From: Nemertoderma westbladi
Lineage: Eukaryota; Animalia; Xenacoelomorpha
Direction of reading: 5' to 3'
Assembly: GCA_032718475.1 (NCBI GenBank)
Contig: JAUCBJ010001327.1
Span: 6,209-70,208 of the forward strand
Length of the DNA: 64,000 bases
Notes under the pieces: generated by a model
What the model was told of the DNA's origin: nothing
The model's database searches: none
The model's input: the letters and a program-made list of their open reading frames with translations, nothing else
Translations under genes and position numbers: made by a program
Shown: positions 1-13,750 of the stretch, piece by piece
How the letters are laid out: every line of letters begins with the position of its first letter
Position numbering within the stretch: the first letter of the stretch is position 1

Positions 1-1450
1 CAAAGAACTTTTGTGTAGAAGAAGAGCGCGTGGAATATTTGTGTATTGTTTGGACGGAATATTCTTTGAAAGGTTTCAGTTTTCTTATGTTTGTTAATGT
101 CGTACATAAATTTAGCTACTTCTAGGTCAAATAATTTTTCTAGTAGGAGGATTTGTAGAAATTTATAAATAGGTGCTGCATGCGCTACGTAATGGCTAAA
201 AGTTATTGCTCTGATTATCTTATTTATTTTTCTTATATTTTCCATGTGTTATAGTTGTAGCTATTTCCCCACATTAAAATTCCGTACAGTATGTGAGGGT
301 GAACTAGTGCAAAGTACAGGGTTCTCATAATGTGTAGAGGTAAAATGTGTCGCAATTTAAAGAAAATACCAGATAATTTGGATATTTTTGAGAGTATGTA
401 TTCACAATGAGTCGACCAGTTAATTTTATTATCAATATATATACCTAAGTACTTAGTGGCGGTAGCTTCCGTAAGATTAGTGGATCGTATAGTGATGTTG
501 GGTGTTATATAGTTCCTAGAGTTGTTAAAGATTATATATTCAATTTTTTTAAGGTTTAAGGATCATTTATTGTCAATGAGACAATTGTCTAGTTTAGAGA
601 GTTCCGAGAGAGTTTAGAGTAACAATCTAATTTTTTCAGTAGTATGTCATGTGGTAGGGTGTCGAAGGCTTTCTTTAAGTCTACTGATATTAAACATGCA
701 GAGCTACCGTTGTCGAGTGTTTCCTGTAGTTGTTCCGTAACAGTAAGAATAGCGTCCGTTGTCGTTATGGGTTTACGAAATCCGTGTTGACATGGTGATA
801 ACAGGTCGTATTTGTTTAAGAAAGTCAGTAATTGGGAATTGACTACACGTTCATATATCTTTGTGAATAAGGGTAATATTGATATCGGGCGGTAATTGTT
901 TTTATCGGTTGGATCTCGGGATTTGAAAACTAGGATTATTTTAGCCTTTTTTAGAGCATCTGGGTAGAATCCATTTTTAATTGAAAGGTTAATGAGATAA
1001 GTTAGGTGAGAGGCAAGGCTGTGGGCTGCTAATTTGACCAATAAGACAGGAAAATCCTCATAAGTTGAGACATTTTTGTCGTTATCTAACAAAAAATATA
1101 TTATTTCAGTTTCACTGGGTTCTATGAGTGTGAAAGAATTAAATTTATTATTTTTTACATAACGAGTTGGTTACCTTTGTGATTCTTTACTCACTAATTG
1201 AGGTCCAATTGATGCAAAGTGTTTATTTAATATATTAGCAATAATAGATTTATCTGTTCAGTTGTAGTTGAATCTAGTGAATCTATCTTGATTTTCATGG
1301 GGGACGATAATTTTTTGGATCTATGTAGTGCCGTATTTATTGTTTTCCATGTTTTTATGCTATTGTTTTGATTTTTCAGAAACTCATTTTCGTAATAACT
1401 TTTCTGGGCATTACGCATAATTTTTGTGAGTGTTTTGGTAGGTTTTACAT
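1..1450 (-). pseudogene. Decayed non-LTR retrotransposon (CR1/L2/Crack-like LINE) ORF2 reverse transcriptase fragment
   Basis: ORF 589-1092 has LINE RT motifs NYRPISILPLFTKIYE, QHGFRK and VDLKKAFDTLPHDILLKKL. Minus-strand translation of ~265-460 gives KYLGIYIDNKxNWSTH...LYFALVHPHILYGILMWG (thumb/C-terminal region). ORF 1227-1418 (KTWKTIN) is the pre-RT region. The YADD core appears deleted and frames are broken. Confidence 0.9.
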
Positions 1451-1604
1451 TCTGAAAGATTTGTATCCGACGGGTGTATCAAAGGTAAATTTTAATGAAG
1501 CTTCCATATTAACAATCACAGATTTCCCTTAATTCAGGTGATTTTCTGAGGTAAATCCGAAGCGTCTCAGGACCTTATCTCCATTAGAAATTGCAATTTG
1601 GTTG

Positions 1605-4600
1605 GGAACTTATCGCCCCCCTGTACTGAGTTTATAGGAACTTATCGGCCCCCTGTACTGAGTTTATAGGAACTTATCGCCCCCCTGTACTGAGTTTATA
1701 GGAACTTATCGCCCCCCTGTACTGAGTTTATAGGAACTTATCGCCCCCCTGTACTGAGTTTATAGGAACTTATCGCCCCCCTGTACTGAGTTTATAGGAA
1801 CTTATCGCCCCCCTGTACTGAGTTTATAGGAACTTATCGGCCCCCTGTACTGAGTTTATAGGAACTTATCGCCCCCCTGTACTGAGTTTATAGGAACTTA
1901 TCGCCCCCCTGTACTGAGTTTATAGGAACTTATCGCCCCCCTGTACTGAGTTTATAGGAACTTATCGCCCCCCTGTACTGAGTTTTTAGGAACTTATCGC
2001 CCCCCTGTACTGAGTTTTTAGGAACTTATCGCCCCCTGTACTGAGTTTATAGGAACTTATCGCCCCCCTGTACTGAGTTTATAGGAACTTATCGGCCCCC
2101 TGTACTGAGTTTATAGGAACTTATCGCCCCCCTGTACTGAGTTTATAGGAACTTATCGCCCCCCTGTACTGAGTTTATAGGAACTTATCGCCCCCCTGTA
2201 CTGAGTTTATAGGAACTTATCGCCCCCCTGTACTGAGTTTATAGGAACTTATCGCCCCCCTGTACTGAGTTTATAGGAACTTATCGCCCCCCTGTACTGA
2301 GTTTATAGGAACTTATCGGCCCCCTGTACTGAGTTTATAGGAACTTATCGCCCCCCTGTACTGAGTTTATAGGAACTTATCGCCCCCTGTACTGAGTTTA
2401 TAGGAACTTATCGGCCCCCTGTACTGAGTTTATAGGAACTTATCGCCCCCCTGTACTGAGTTTATAGGAACTTATCGCCCCCCTGTACTGAGTTTTTAGG
2501 AACTTATCGGCCCCCTGTACTGAGTTTATAGGAACTTATCGCCCCCTGTACTGAGTTTATAGGAACTTATCGGCCCCCTGTACTGAGTTTATAGGAACTT
2601 ATCGCCCCCTGTACTGAGTTTATAGGAACTTATCGGCCCCCTGTACTGAGTTTATAGGAACTTATCGCCCCCTGTACTGAGTTTATAGGAACTTATCGGC
2701 CCCCTGTACTGAGTTTATAGGAACTTATCGCCCCCCTGTACTGAGTTTATAGGAACTTATCGCCCCCCTGTACTGAGTTTTTAGGAACTTATCGCCCCCC
2801 TGTACTGAGTTTATAGGAACTTATCGCCCCCCTGTACTGAGTTTATAGGAACTTATCGCCCCCCTGTACTGAGTTTATAGGAACTTATCGCCCCCCTGTA
2901 CTGAGTTTATAGGAACTTATCGCCCCCCTGTACTGAGTTTATAGGAACTTATCGCCCCCCTGTACTGAGTTTATAGGAACTTATCGCCCCCCTGTACTGA
3001 GTTTATAGGAACTTATCGGCCCCCTGTACTGAGTTTATAGGAACTTATCGCCCCCCTGTACTGAGTTTATAGGAACTTATCGCCCCCCTGTACTGAGTTT
3101 ATAGGAACTTATCGCCCCCCTGTACTGAGTTTATAGGAACTTATCGCCCCCCTGTACTGAGTTTATAGGAACTTATCGCCCCCTGTACTGAGTTTATAGG
3201 AACTTATCGCCCCCCTGTACTGAGTTTATAGGAACTTATCGCCCCCCTGTACTGAGTTTATAGGAACTTATCGCCCCCCTGTACTGAGTTTATAGGAACT
3301 TATCGCCCCCCTGTACTGAGTTTATAGGAACTTATCGCCCCCCTGTACTGAGTTTATAGGAACTTATCGCCCCCCTGTACTGAGTTTATAGGAACTTATC
3401 GCCCCCCTGTACTGAGTTTATAGGAACTTATCGCCCCCCTGTACTGAGTTTATAGGAACTTATCGCCCCCCTGTACTGAGTTTATAGGAACTTATCGCCC
3501 CCCTGTACTGAGTTTATAGGAACTTATCGCCCCCCTGTACTGAGTTTATAGGAACTTATCGCCCCCCTGTACTGAGTTTATAGGAACTTATCGCCCCCCT
3601 GTACTGAGTTTATAGGAACTTATCGCCCCCCTGTACTGAGTTTATAGGAACTTATCGCCCCCCTGTACTGAGTTTATAGGAACTTATCGCCCCCCTGTAC
3701 TGAGTTTATAGGAACTTATCGCCCCCCTGTACTGAGTTTATAGGAACTTATCGCCCCCCTGTACTGAGTTTATAGGAACTTATCGCCCCCCTGTACTGAG
3801 TTTATAGGAACTTATCGCCCCCTGTACTGAGTTTATAGGAACTTATCGCCCCCCTGTACTGAGTTTATAGGAACTTATCGCCCCCCTGTACTGAGTTTAT
3901 AGGAACTTATCGCCCCCCTGTACTGAGTTTATAGGAACTTATCGCCCCCCTGTACTGAGTTTATAGGAACTTATCGCCCCCCTGTACTGAGTTTATAGGA
4001 ACTTATCGCCCCCCTGTACTGAGTTTATAGGAACTTATCGCCCCCCTGTACTGAGTTTATAGGAACTTATCGCCCCCCTGTACTGAGTTTATAGGAACTT
4101 ATCGCCCCCCTGTACTGAGTTTATAGGAACTTATCGCCCCCCTGTACTGAGTTTATAGGAACTTATCGCCCCCCTGTACTGAGTTTATAGGAACTTATCG
4201 CCCCCCTGTACTGAGTTTATAGGAACTTATCGCCCCCCTGTACTGAGTTTATAGGAACTTATCGCCCCCCTGTACTGAGTTTATAGGAACTTATCGCCCC
4301 CCTGTACTGAGTTTATAGGAACTTATCGCCCCCCTGTACTGAGTTTATAGGAACTTATCGCCCCCCTGTACTGAGTTTATAGGAACTTATCGCCCCCCTG
4401 TACTGAGTTTATAGGAACTTATCGCCCCCCTGTACTGAGTTTATAGGAACTTATCGCCCCCCTGTACTGAGTTTATAGGAACTTATCGCCCCCCTGTACT
4501 GAGTTTATAGGAACTTATCGCCCCCCTGTACTGAGTTTATAGGAACTTATCGCCCCCCTGTACTGAGTTTATAGGAACTTATCGCCCCCCTGTACTGAGT

Positions 4601-7600
4601 TTATAGGAACTTATCGCCCCCCTGTACTGAGTTTATAGGAACTTATCGCCCCCCTGTACTGAGTTTATAGGAACTTATCGCCCCCCTGTACTGAGTTTAT
4701 AGGAACTTATCGCCCCCCTGTACTGAGTTTATAGGAACTTATCGCCCCCCTGTACTGAGTTTATAGGAACTTATCGCCCCCCTGTACTGAGTTTATAGGA
4801 ACTTATCGCCCCCCTGTACTGAGTTTATAGGAACTTATCGCCCCCCTGTACTGAGTTTATAGGAACTTATCGCCCCCCTGTACTGAGTTTATAGGAACTT
4901 ATCGCCCCCCTGTACTGAGTTTATAGGAACTTATCGCCCCCCTGTACTGAGTTTATAGGAACTTATCGCCCCCCTGTACTGAGTTTATAGGAACTTATCG
5001 CCCCCCTGTACTGAGTTTATAGGAACTTATCGCCCCCCTGTACTGAGTTTATAGGAACTTATCGCCCCCCTGTACTGAGTTTATAGGAACTTATCGCCCC
5101 CCTGTACTGAGTTTATAGGAACTTATCGCCCCCCTGTACTGAGTTTATAGGAACTTATCGCCCCCCTGTACTGAGTTTATAGGAACTTATCGCCCCCCTG
5201 TACTGAGTTTATAGGAACTTATCGCCCCCCTGTACTGAGTTTATAGGAACTTATCGCCCCCCTGTACTGAGTTTATAGGAACTTATCGCCCCCCTGTACT
5301 GAGTTTATAGGAACTTATCGCCCCCCTGTACTGAGTTTATAGGAACTTATCGCCCCCCTGTACTGAGTTTATAGGAACTTATCGCCCCCCTGTACTGAGT
5401 TTATAGGAACTTATCGCCCCCCTGTACTGAGTTTATAGGAACTTATCGCCCCCCTGTACTGAGTTTATAGGAACTTATCGCCCCCTGTACTGAGTTTATA
5501 GGAACTTATCGCCCCCCTGTACTGAGTTTATAGGAACTTATCGCCCCCCTGTACTGAGTTTATAGGAACTTATCGCCCCCCTGTACTGAGTTTATAGGAA
5601 CTTATCGCCCCCCTGTACTGAGTTTATAGGAACTTATCGCCCCCCTGTACTGAGTTTATAGGAACTTATCGCCCCCCTGTACTGAGTTTATAGGAACTTA
5701 TCGCCCCCCTGTACTGAGTTTATAGGAACTTATCGCCCCCCTGTACTGAGTTTATAGGAACTTATCGCCCCCCTGTACTGAGTTTATAGGAACTTATCGC
5801 CCCCCTGTACTGAGTTTATAGGAACTTATCGCCCCCCTGTACTGAGTTTATAGGAACTTATCGCCCCCCTGTACTGAGTTTATAGGAACTTATCGCCCCC
5901 CTGTACTGAGTTTATAGGAACTTATCGCCCCCCTGTACTGAGTTTATAGGAACTTATCGCCCCCCTGTACTGAGTTTATAGGAACTTATCGCCCCCCTGT
6001 ACTGAGTTTATAGGAACTTATCGCCCCCCTGTACTGAGTTTATAGGAACTTATCGCCCCCCTGTACTGAGTTTATAGGAACTTATCGCCCCCCTGTACTG
6101 AGTTTATAGGAACTTATCGCCCCCCTGTACTGAGTTTATAGGAACTTATCGCCCCCCTGTACTGAGTTTATAGGAACTTATCGCCCCCCTGTACTGAGTT
6201 TATAGGAACTTATCGCCCCCCTGTACTGAGTTTATAGGAACTTATCGCCCCCCTGTACTGAGTTTATAGGAACTTATCGCCCCCCTGTACTGAGTTTATA
6301 GGAACTTATCGCCCCCCTGTACTGAGTTTATAGGAACTTATCGCCCCCCTGTACTGAGTTTATAGGAACTTATCGCCCCCCTGTACTGAGTTTATAGGAA
6401 CTTATCGCCCCCCTGTACTGAGTTTATAGGAACTTATCGCCCCCCTGTACTGAGTTTATAGGAACTTATCGCCCCCCTGTACTGAGTTTATAGGAACTTA
6501 TCGCCCCCCTGTACTGAGTTTATAGGAACTTATCGCCCCCCTGTACTGAGTTTATAGGAACTTATCGCCCCCCTGTACTGAGTTTATAGGAACTTATCGC
6601 CCCCCTGTACTGAGTTTATAGGAACTTATCGCCCCCCTGTACTGAGTTTATAGGAACTTATCGCCCCCCTGTACTGAGTTTATAGGAACTTATCGCCCCC
6701 CTGTACTGAGTTTATAGGAACTTATCGCCCCCCTGTACTGAGTTTATAGGAACTTATCGCCCCCCTGTACTGAGTTTATAGGAACTTATCGCCCCCCTGT
6801 ACTGAGTTTATAGGAACTTATCGCCCCCCTGTACTGAGTTTATAGGAACTTATCGCCCCCCTGTACTGAGTTTATAGGAACTTATCGCCCCCCTGTACTG
6901 AGTTTATAGGAACTTATCGCCCCCCTGTACTGAGTTTATAGGAACTTATCGCCCCCCTGTACTGAGTTTATAGGAACTTATCGCCCCCCTGTACTGAGTT
7001 TATAGGAACTTATCGCCCCCCTGTACTGAGTTTATAGGAACTTATCGCCCCCCTGTACTGAGTTTATAGGAACTTATCGCCCCCCTGTACTGAGTTTATA
7101 GGAACTTATCGCCCCCCTGTACTGAGTTTATAGGAACTTATCGCCCCCCTGTACTGAGTTTATAGGAACTTATCGCCCCCCTGTACTGAGTTTATAGGAA
7201 CTTATCGCCCCCCTGTACTGAGTTTATAGGAACTTATCGCCCCCCTGTACTGAGTTTATAGGAACTTATCGCCCCCCTGTACTGAGTTTATAGGAACTTA
7301 TCGCCCCCCTGTACTGAGTTTATAGGAACTTATCGCCCCCCTGTACTGAGTTTATAGGAACTTATCGCCCCCCTGTACTGAGTTTATAGGAACTTATCGC
7401 CCCCCTGTACTGAGTTTATAGGAACTTATCGCCCCCCTGTACTGAGTTTATAGGAACTTATCGCCCCCCTGTACTGAGTTTATAGGAACTTATCGCCCCC
7501 CTGTACTGAGTTTATAGGAACTTATCGCCCCCCTGTACTGAGTTTATAGGAACTTATCGCCCCCCTGTACTGAGTTTATAGGAACTTATCGCCCCCCTGT

Positions 7601-10593
7601 ACTGAGTTTATAGGAACTTATCGCCCCCCTGTACTGAGTTTATAGGAACTTATCGCCCCCCTGTACTGAGTTTATAGGAACTTATCGCCCCCCTGTACTG
7701 AGTTTATAGGAACTTATCGCCCCCCTGTACTGAGTTTATAGGAACTTATCGCCCCCCTGTACTGAGTTTATAGGAACTTATCGCCCCCCTGTACTGAGTT
7801 TATAGGAACTTATCGCCCCCCTGTACTGAGTTTATAGGAACTTATCGCCCCCCTGTACTGAGTTTATAGGAACTTATCGCCCCCCTGTACTGAGTTTATA
7901 GGAACTTATCGCCCCCCTGTACTGAGTTTATAGGAACTTATCGCCCCCCTGTACTGAGTTTATAGGAACTTATCGCCCCCCTGTACTGAGTTTATAGGAA
8001 CTTATCGCCCCCCTGTACTGAGTTTATAGGAACTTATCGCCCCCCTGTACTGAGTTTATAGGAACTTATCGCCCCCCTGTACTGAGTTTATAGGAACTTA
8101 TCGCCCCCCTGTACTGAGTTTATAGGAACTTATCGCCCCCCTGTACTGAGTTTATAGGAACTTATCGCCCCCCTGTACTGAGTTTATAGGAACTTATCGC
8201 CCCCCTGTACTGAGTTTATAGGAACTTATCGCCCCCCTGTACTGAGTTTATAGGAACTTATCGCCCCCCTGTACTGAGTTTATAGGAACTTATCGCCCCC
8301 CTGTACTGAGTTTATAGGAACTTATCGCCCCCTGTACTGAGTTTATAGGAACTTATCGCCCCCCTGTACTGAGTTTATAGGAACTTATCGCCCCCCTGTA
8401 CTGAGTTTATAGGAACTTATCGCCCCCCTGTACTGAGTTTATAGGAACTTATCGCCCCCCTGTACTGAGTTTATAGGAACTTATCGCCCCCCTGTACTGA
8501 GTTTATAGGAACTTATCGCCCCCCTGTACTGAGTTTATAGGAACTTATCGCCCCCCTGTACTGAGTTTATAGGAACTTATCGCCCCCCTGTACTGAGTTT
8601 ATAGGAACTTATCGCCCCCCTGTACTGAGTTTATAGGAACTTATCGCCCCCCTGTACTGAGTTTATAGGAACTTATCGCCCCCCTGTACTGAGTTTATAG
8701 GAACTTATCGCCCCCCTGTACTGAGTTTATAGGAACTTATCGCCCCCCTGTACTGAGTTTATAGGAACTTATCGCCCCCCTGTACTGAGTTTATAGGAAC
8801 TTATCGCCCCCCTGTACTGAGTTTATAGGAACTTATCGCCCCCCTGTACTGAGTTTATAGGAACTTATCGCCCCCCTGTACTGAGTTTATAGGAACTTAT
8901 CGCCCCCCTGTACTGAGTTTATAGGAACTTATCGCCCCCCTGTACTGAGTTTATAGGAACTTATCGCCCCCCTGTACTGAGTTTATAGGAACTTATCGCC
9001 CCCCTGTACTGAGTTTATAGGAACTTATCGCCCCCCTGTACTGAGTTTATAGGAACTTATCGCCCCCCTGTACTGAGTTTATAGGAACTTATCGCCCCCC
9101 TGTACTGAGTTTATAGGAACTTATCGCCCCCCTGTACTGAGTTTATAGGAACTTATCGCCCCCTGTACTGAGTTTATAGGAACTTATCGCCCCCCTGTAC
9201 TGAGTTTATAGGAACTTATCGCCCCCCTGTACTGAGTTTATAGGAACTTATCGCCCCCCTGTACTGAGTTTATAGGAACTTATCGCCCCCCTGTACTGAG
9301 TTTATAGGAACTTATCGCCCCCCTGTACTGAGTTTATAGGAACTTATCGCCCCCCTGTACTGAGTTTATAGGAACTTATCGCCCCCCTGTACTGAGTTTA
9401 TAGGAACTTATCGCCCCCCTGTACTGAGTTTATAGGAACTTATCGGCCCCCTGTACTGAGTTTATAGGAACTTATCGCCCCCCTGTACTGAGTTTATAGG
9501 AACTTATCGCCCCCTGTACTGAGTTTATAGGAACTTATCGGCCCCCTGTACTGAGTTTATAGGAACTTATCGCCCCCCTGTACTGAGTTTATAGGAACTT
9601 ATCGCCCCCCTGTACTGAGTTTATAGGAACTTATCGGCCCCCTGTACTGAGTTTATAGGAACTTATCGCCCCCCTGTACTGAGTTTATAGGAACTTATCG
9701 CCCCCCTGTACTGAGTTTATAGGAACTTATCGCCCCCCTGTACTGAGTTTATAGGAACTTATCGGCCCCCTGTACTGAGTTTATAGGAACTTATCGCCCC
9801 CTGTACTGAGTTTATAGGAACTTATCGCCCCCCTGTACTGAGTTTATAGGAACTTATCGCCCCCCTGTACTGAGTTTATAGGAACTTATCGCCCCCCTGT
9901 ACTGAGTTTATAGGAACTTATCGCCCCCCTGTACTGAGTTTATAGGAACTTATCGCCCCCCTGTACTGAGTTTATAGGAACTTATCGCCCCCCTGTACTG
10001 AGTTTATAGGAACTTATCGCCCCCCTGTACTGAGTTTATAGGAACTTATCGCCCCCCTGTACTGAGTTTATAGGAACTTATCGCCCCCCTGTACTGAGTT
10101 TATAGGAACTTATCGCCCCCCTGTACTGAGTTTATAGGAACTTATCGCCCCCCTGTACTGAGTTTTTAGGAACTTATCGCCCCCCTGTACTGAGTTTATA
10201 GGAACTTATCGCCCCCCTGTACTGAGTTTATAGGAACTTATCGCCCCCCTGTACTGAGTTTATAGGAACTTATCGGCCCCCTGTACTGAGTTTATAGGAA
10301 CTTATCGCCCCCCTGTACTGAGTTTATAGGAACTTATCGCCCCCCTGTACTGAGTTTATAGGAACTTATCGCCCCCCTGTACTGAGTTTATAGGAACTTA
10401 TCGCCCCCCTGTACTGAGTTTATAGGAACTTATCGCCCCCCTGTACTGAGTTTATAGGAACTTATCGCCCCCCTGTACTGAGTTTATAGGAACTTATCGC
10501 CCCCCTGTACTGAGTTTATAGGAACTTATCGGCCCCCTGTACTGAGTTTATAGGAACTTATCGCCCCCCTGTACTGAGTTTATAGGAACTTAT
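1605..10593. repeat. Tandem satellite, 32-bp unit GGAACTTATCGCCCCCCTGTACTGAGTTTATA, about 280 copies
   Basis: Directly visible head-to-tail repeats with no spacers. Variants are limited to CGGCCCCC, a C5 run and TTTTTAGG. Confidence 0.99.
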
Positions 10594-10775
10594 AACTATA
10601 ACTTATAACTGATTATATAGATCACGTATACTGGTACAGCACAGGCCTAATTCTGTAATTCCTGAATTCTGTAGGCCATAATTAGCCATGCACTGCAGTG
10701 CGGACTGCTGGACTGCGGTCCTGAATTAGTTTAGAGGGTCCGTTGGCGCCATACCGCCCTACTACTGTCAGACTG

Positions 10776-11928
10776 ACAAGTCCCTAAAAGGTGCCACCCT
10801 GCTCCATAGCGCGGGAAATTCAAATGATTGAAAGACATGTAATTTGTACTGGAAAGGGTGGCAGATCAGATCTGCTACCTATATTTTGGCGGTAAATTCA
10901 AATCTGTTTTAACGTTGAATACAGAATAGAGTAAGACTAAATGTAATTCATTGAATCAGAATAAATTATTTCTTATCGGTTTAACTCACTCATCCGTTAT
11001 TGTTGTTGTTTTATCTATTCTGGGACTTCGAGCAGCACGTGAACAACTAAACCAGCACGTTAACTAGTCTGGGGCTTCGAGCAGCACGTGAACAAATAAA
11101 CTGGCTGGATACCTAGTCTGGGACTTCGAGCAGCACGTGAACAAAACTAAACCAGCACGTTAACTAGTTTGGGGCTTCGAGCAGCACGTGAACAACTAAG
11201 CTGACTGGTTAACTATAGTCTGGGACTTCCAGTAGCACGTGAACAACTAAGCTGACTGGTTAACTAGTCTGGGACTTCGAGCAAAATTGCAAATTGAGGA
11301 GGGGGGGGGGGGGGGGGGGGGTCGGGGGATTTGGCTTAACTTCTATCAGTAAAATGTAAAGAACATTTATTATTTGCTTGTATCAGTTATAATTACATCA
11401 GAACATTATAATTATAACAATATAGCAGGGAACTGATAGTAAAATATATCGCAGGTAAGCCTACTGTAATAACAATAGGTGTATAATGCTTCTGCCTATA
11501 CTGCTATATCTGTCCCAGACATGTACCAGACTAGTTAACCAGTCAGCTTAGTTGTTTACGTGCTGCTCGAAGTCCCAGACTTGTTAACCAGCCAGTTTAG
11601 TTGTTCACGTGCTGCTCGAAGCCCCAGACTAGTTAACGTGCTGGTTTAGTTGTTCACGTGCTGCTCGAAGTCCCAGAATAGATAAATCAACAACATTACC
11701 GGATGAGTGAGTTAAACCGATAATAAATAATTTATTCTGATTCAATGAATTACATTGGCAGATTGGTCTTACTCTATTAATGTATTCAATGTTAAAACAG
11801 ATTTGAATTTACCGCCAATATATAGGTGGCAGATCTGATCTGCCACCCTTTCCAGTACAAATAACATGTCTTTCAATCATTTGAATTTCCCGCGCTATGG
11901 AGCAGGGTGGCACCTTTTAGGGACTTGT
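10776..11928. mobile_element. Foldback/MITE-like non-autonomous DNA element with ~400-500 bp inverted arms
   Basis: Left end ACAAGTCCCTAAAAGGTGCCACCCTGCTCCATAGCGCGGG is the reverse complement of the right end ending at 11928. The arms carry ~49-bp subrepeats (GGGACTTCGAGCAGCACGTGAACAACTAA) at 11020-11280 and inverted at 11525-11680. No clear TSD. Confidence 0.85.
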
Positions 11929-12597
11929 GCAGTACTGTAAAACCGGCTGACAGGACCAGTAGCAACTGCCAACTATATAACTACCGGTACGGTACTGAAC
12001 TACGACAGCACTACCGCATTTTCACGCTCCTGTCAGCAATGAAAGAAAATTTATTTTCTTCGTTTACGGTTTCTGCTCTTGTTAACGGTTTAATATGTTA
12101 ATTAAATACTATGTATTGGTACGACCGACGGCACCGGCAACTGGTATAATCAGATGTAGATGTACATACCAATCTGCCAATACAACAATAGCAATAGGCC
12201 TACCCCTACCAACCATCCATCGACTCGGCAACTGCAACCATGGAAGGTATGCGGACTAACCAGCTGACCGGCATTCTAAGTTCAGGTACCCACTACCAGA
12301 GTCTAGGCCTACCCAGCTGCCCAGAGAATTGTTGGAATTGAAATCAAACAACTCACCACCAAGGCCGCCTCTGTCTGTTGACCTCGACTTTCCGTATCGC
12401 TGCCGCTATGGGCAAAATAGACTAACCGTAACTGAGGATGAAATAATCCGGTTTTTTAATCTCACTCTGCCATCACCCAGTGCCCGGCGGTGTTGAAATT
12501 GACACGCATAGTACAAGCAGTAGGCCTATTGCTCCGAGTTTCCGGCTGGTCAGGTGCAAAGTGCTGCATCTACATTGCCACACTATAGCTCGGGCTC

Positions 12598-12907
12598 ATG
12601 AGGACGAGTACTGCGTAGACTATATTCCTATAAACCAAAACCATACCTGGCTTCGCCTATTGAACGCATCGGTAGTTATAAAGATCGTCAGTCTCCGTTT
12701 AGGAAAGATATTTAAATACAAAATAGGCCAAGCACAACGAGGCTTATAATGAAGACGAGTACTGCGTTGACTATATTATTATATGAACCACCTGGCTTCA
12801 CATATTGAACGCATCCCTAGTTATTATTATTATAAAGATCGTCAGCCTGCGTTTAAGAAATATATTTAAATACAAAACAGGACGAACGCAACGAGGCTTA
12901 TAATGAA
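12598..12907. repeat. Diverged ~150-bp tandem duplication
   Basis: ATGA(G/A)GACGAGTACTGCGT...CCTGGCTTC...TATAAAGATCGTCAG...CAACGAGGCTTATAATGAAG occurs twice. Confidence 0.85.
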
Positions 12908-13117
12908 GTTTGTTCTACCCTTCCGCCCCGTCAGCCCGGGTGGTAGATGTCGTGGTTATGTATTGGTTGGTGGGAAGGGAAGGGGGGGGGGGGGGGGTGC
13001 AGATTAAAAGGGCTGAACACGTACTGTCCCCCTTTCTTTGATTGATTGGCGGTATGGTTAAATTTCTCAAATACTGATTTTGTGATACAGTCGCTCAATT
13101 TTAAGTGTAATTTTCAA

Positions 13118-13750
13118 TTGTAAGTGTACGCGTAAGCGTAGGTGTATGAGTAGGTGTAGGTGTAGGTGCAGGTGTAGGCATAGCGCGTAGGTGTAAGTGT
13201 ACGCGTAAGCATAGGTGTAGGCGCAGGTGTAGGCGTAGGTGTAAGTGTACGCGTAAGCGTAGGTGTATGAGTAGGTGTAGGCGCAGGTGTAGGTATAATT
13301 GTACGCGTAAGCGTAGGTGTATGAGTAGTTGTAGGAATAGCCATTAGCATTGGCGTATGTGTAGGCGAGGTGTAAGTGTAGGCATTGGCGTATGTGTAGA
13401 CGAGGTGTAAGTGTAGGTATAGGCATTGGCGTATGTGTAGACGAGGTGTAGGTGTAGGCGAGGTGTAATTGTAGGTATTGGCGTATGTGCAGGCGAGGTG
13501 TAAGTGTAGGCGAGGTGTAAGTGTAGGTGTAGGCATTGGCGTATGTGTAGACGAGGTGTAAGTGTAGGTGTAGGTATTGGCGTATGTGCAGGCGAAGTGT
13601 AGGTGTAGGTATTGGCGTATGTGTAGGCGAGGTGTAAGTGTAGGTGTAGGCATTGGCGTATGTGTAGGCGAGGTGTAGGTGTAGGCATTGGCGTATCTGT
13701 AGGCGAGATGTAAGTGTAGGTGTAGGCATTGGCGTATGTGTAGGCGCATG
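13118..13750. repeat. Degenerate (GTGTAG)n-derived hexamer micro/minisatellite
   Basis: Built from GTGTAG/GTGTAA/GCGTAG hexamers with higher-order units such as GGCATTGGCGTATGTGTAGGCGAGGTGTAAGTGTA. Confidence 0.95.

Noticed and set aside
1605-10593. CRISPR array (32-bp repeat length is CRISPR-like)
   Set aside because: Units are contiguous with no unique spacers, there are no cas genes, and the context is eukaryotic.
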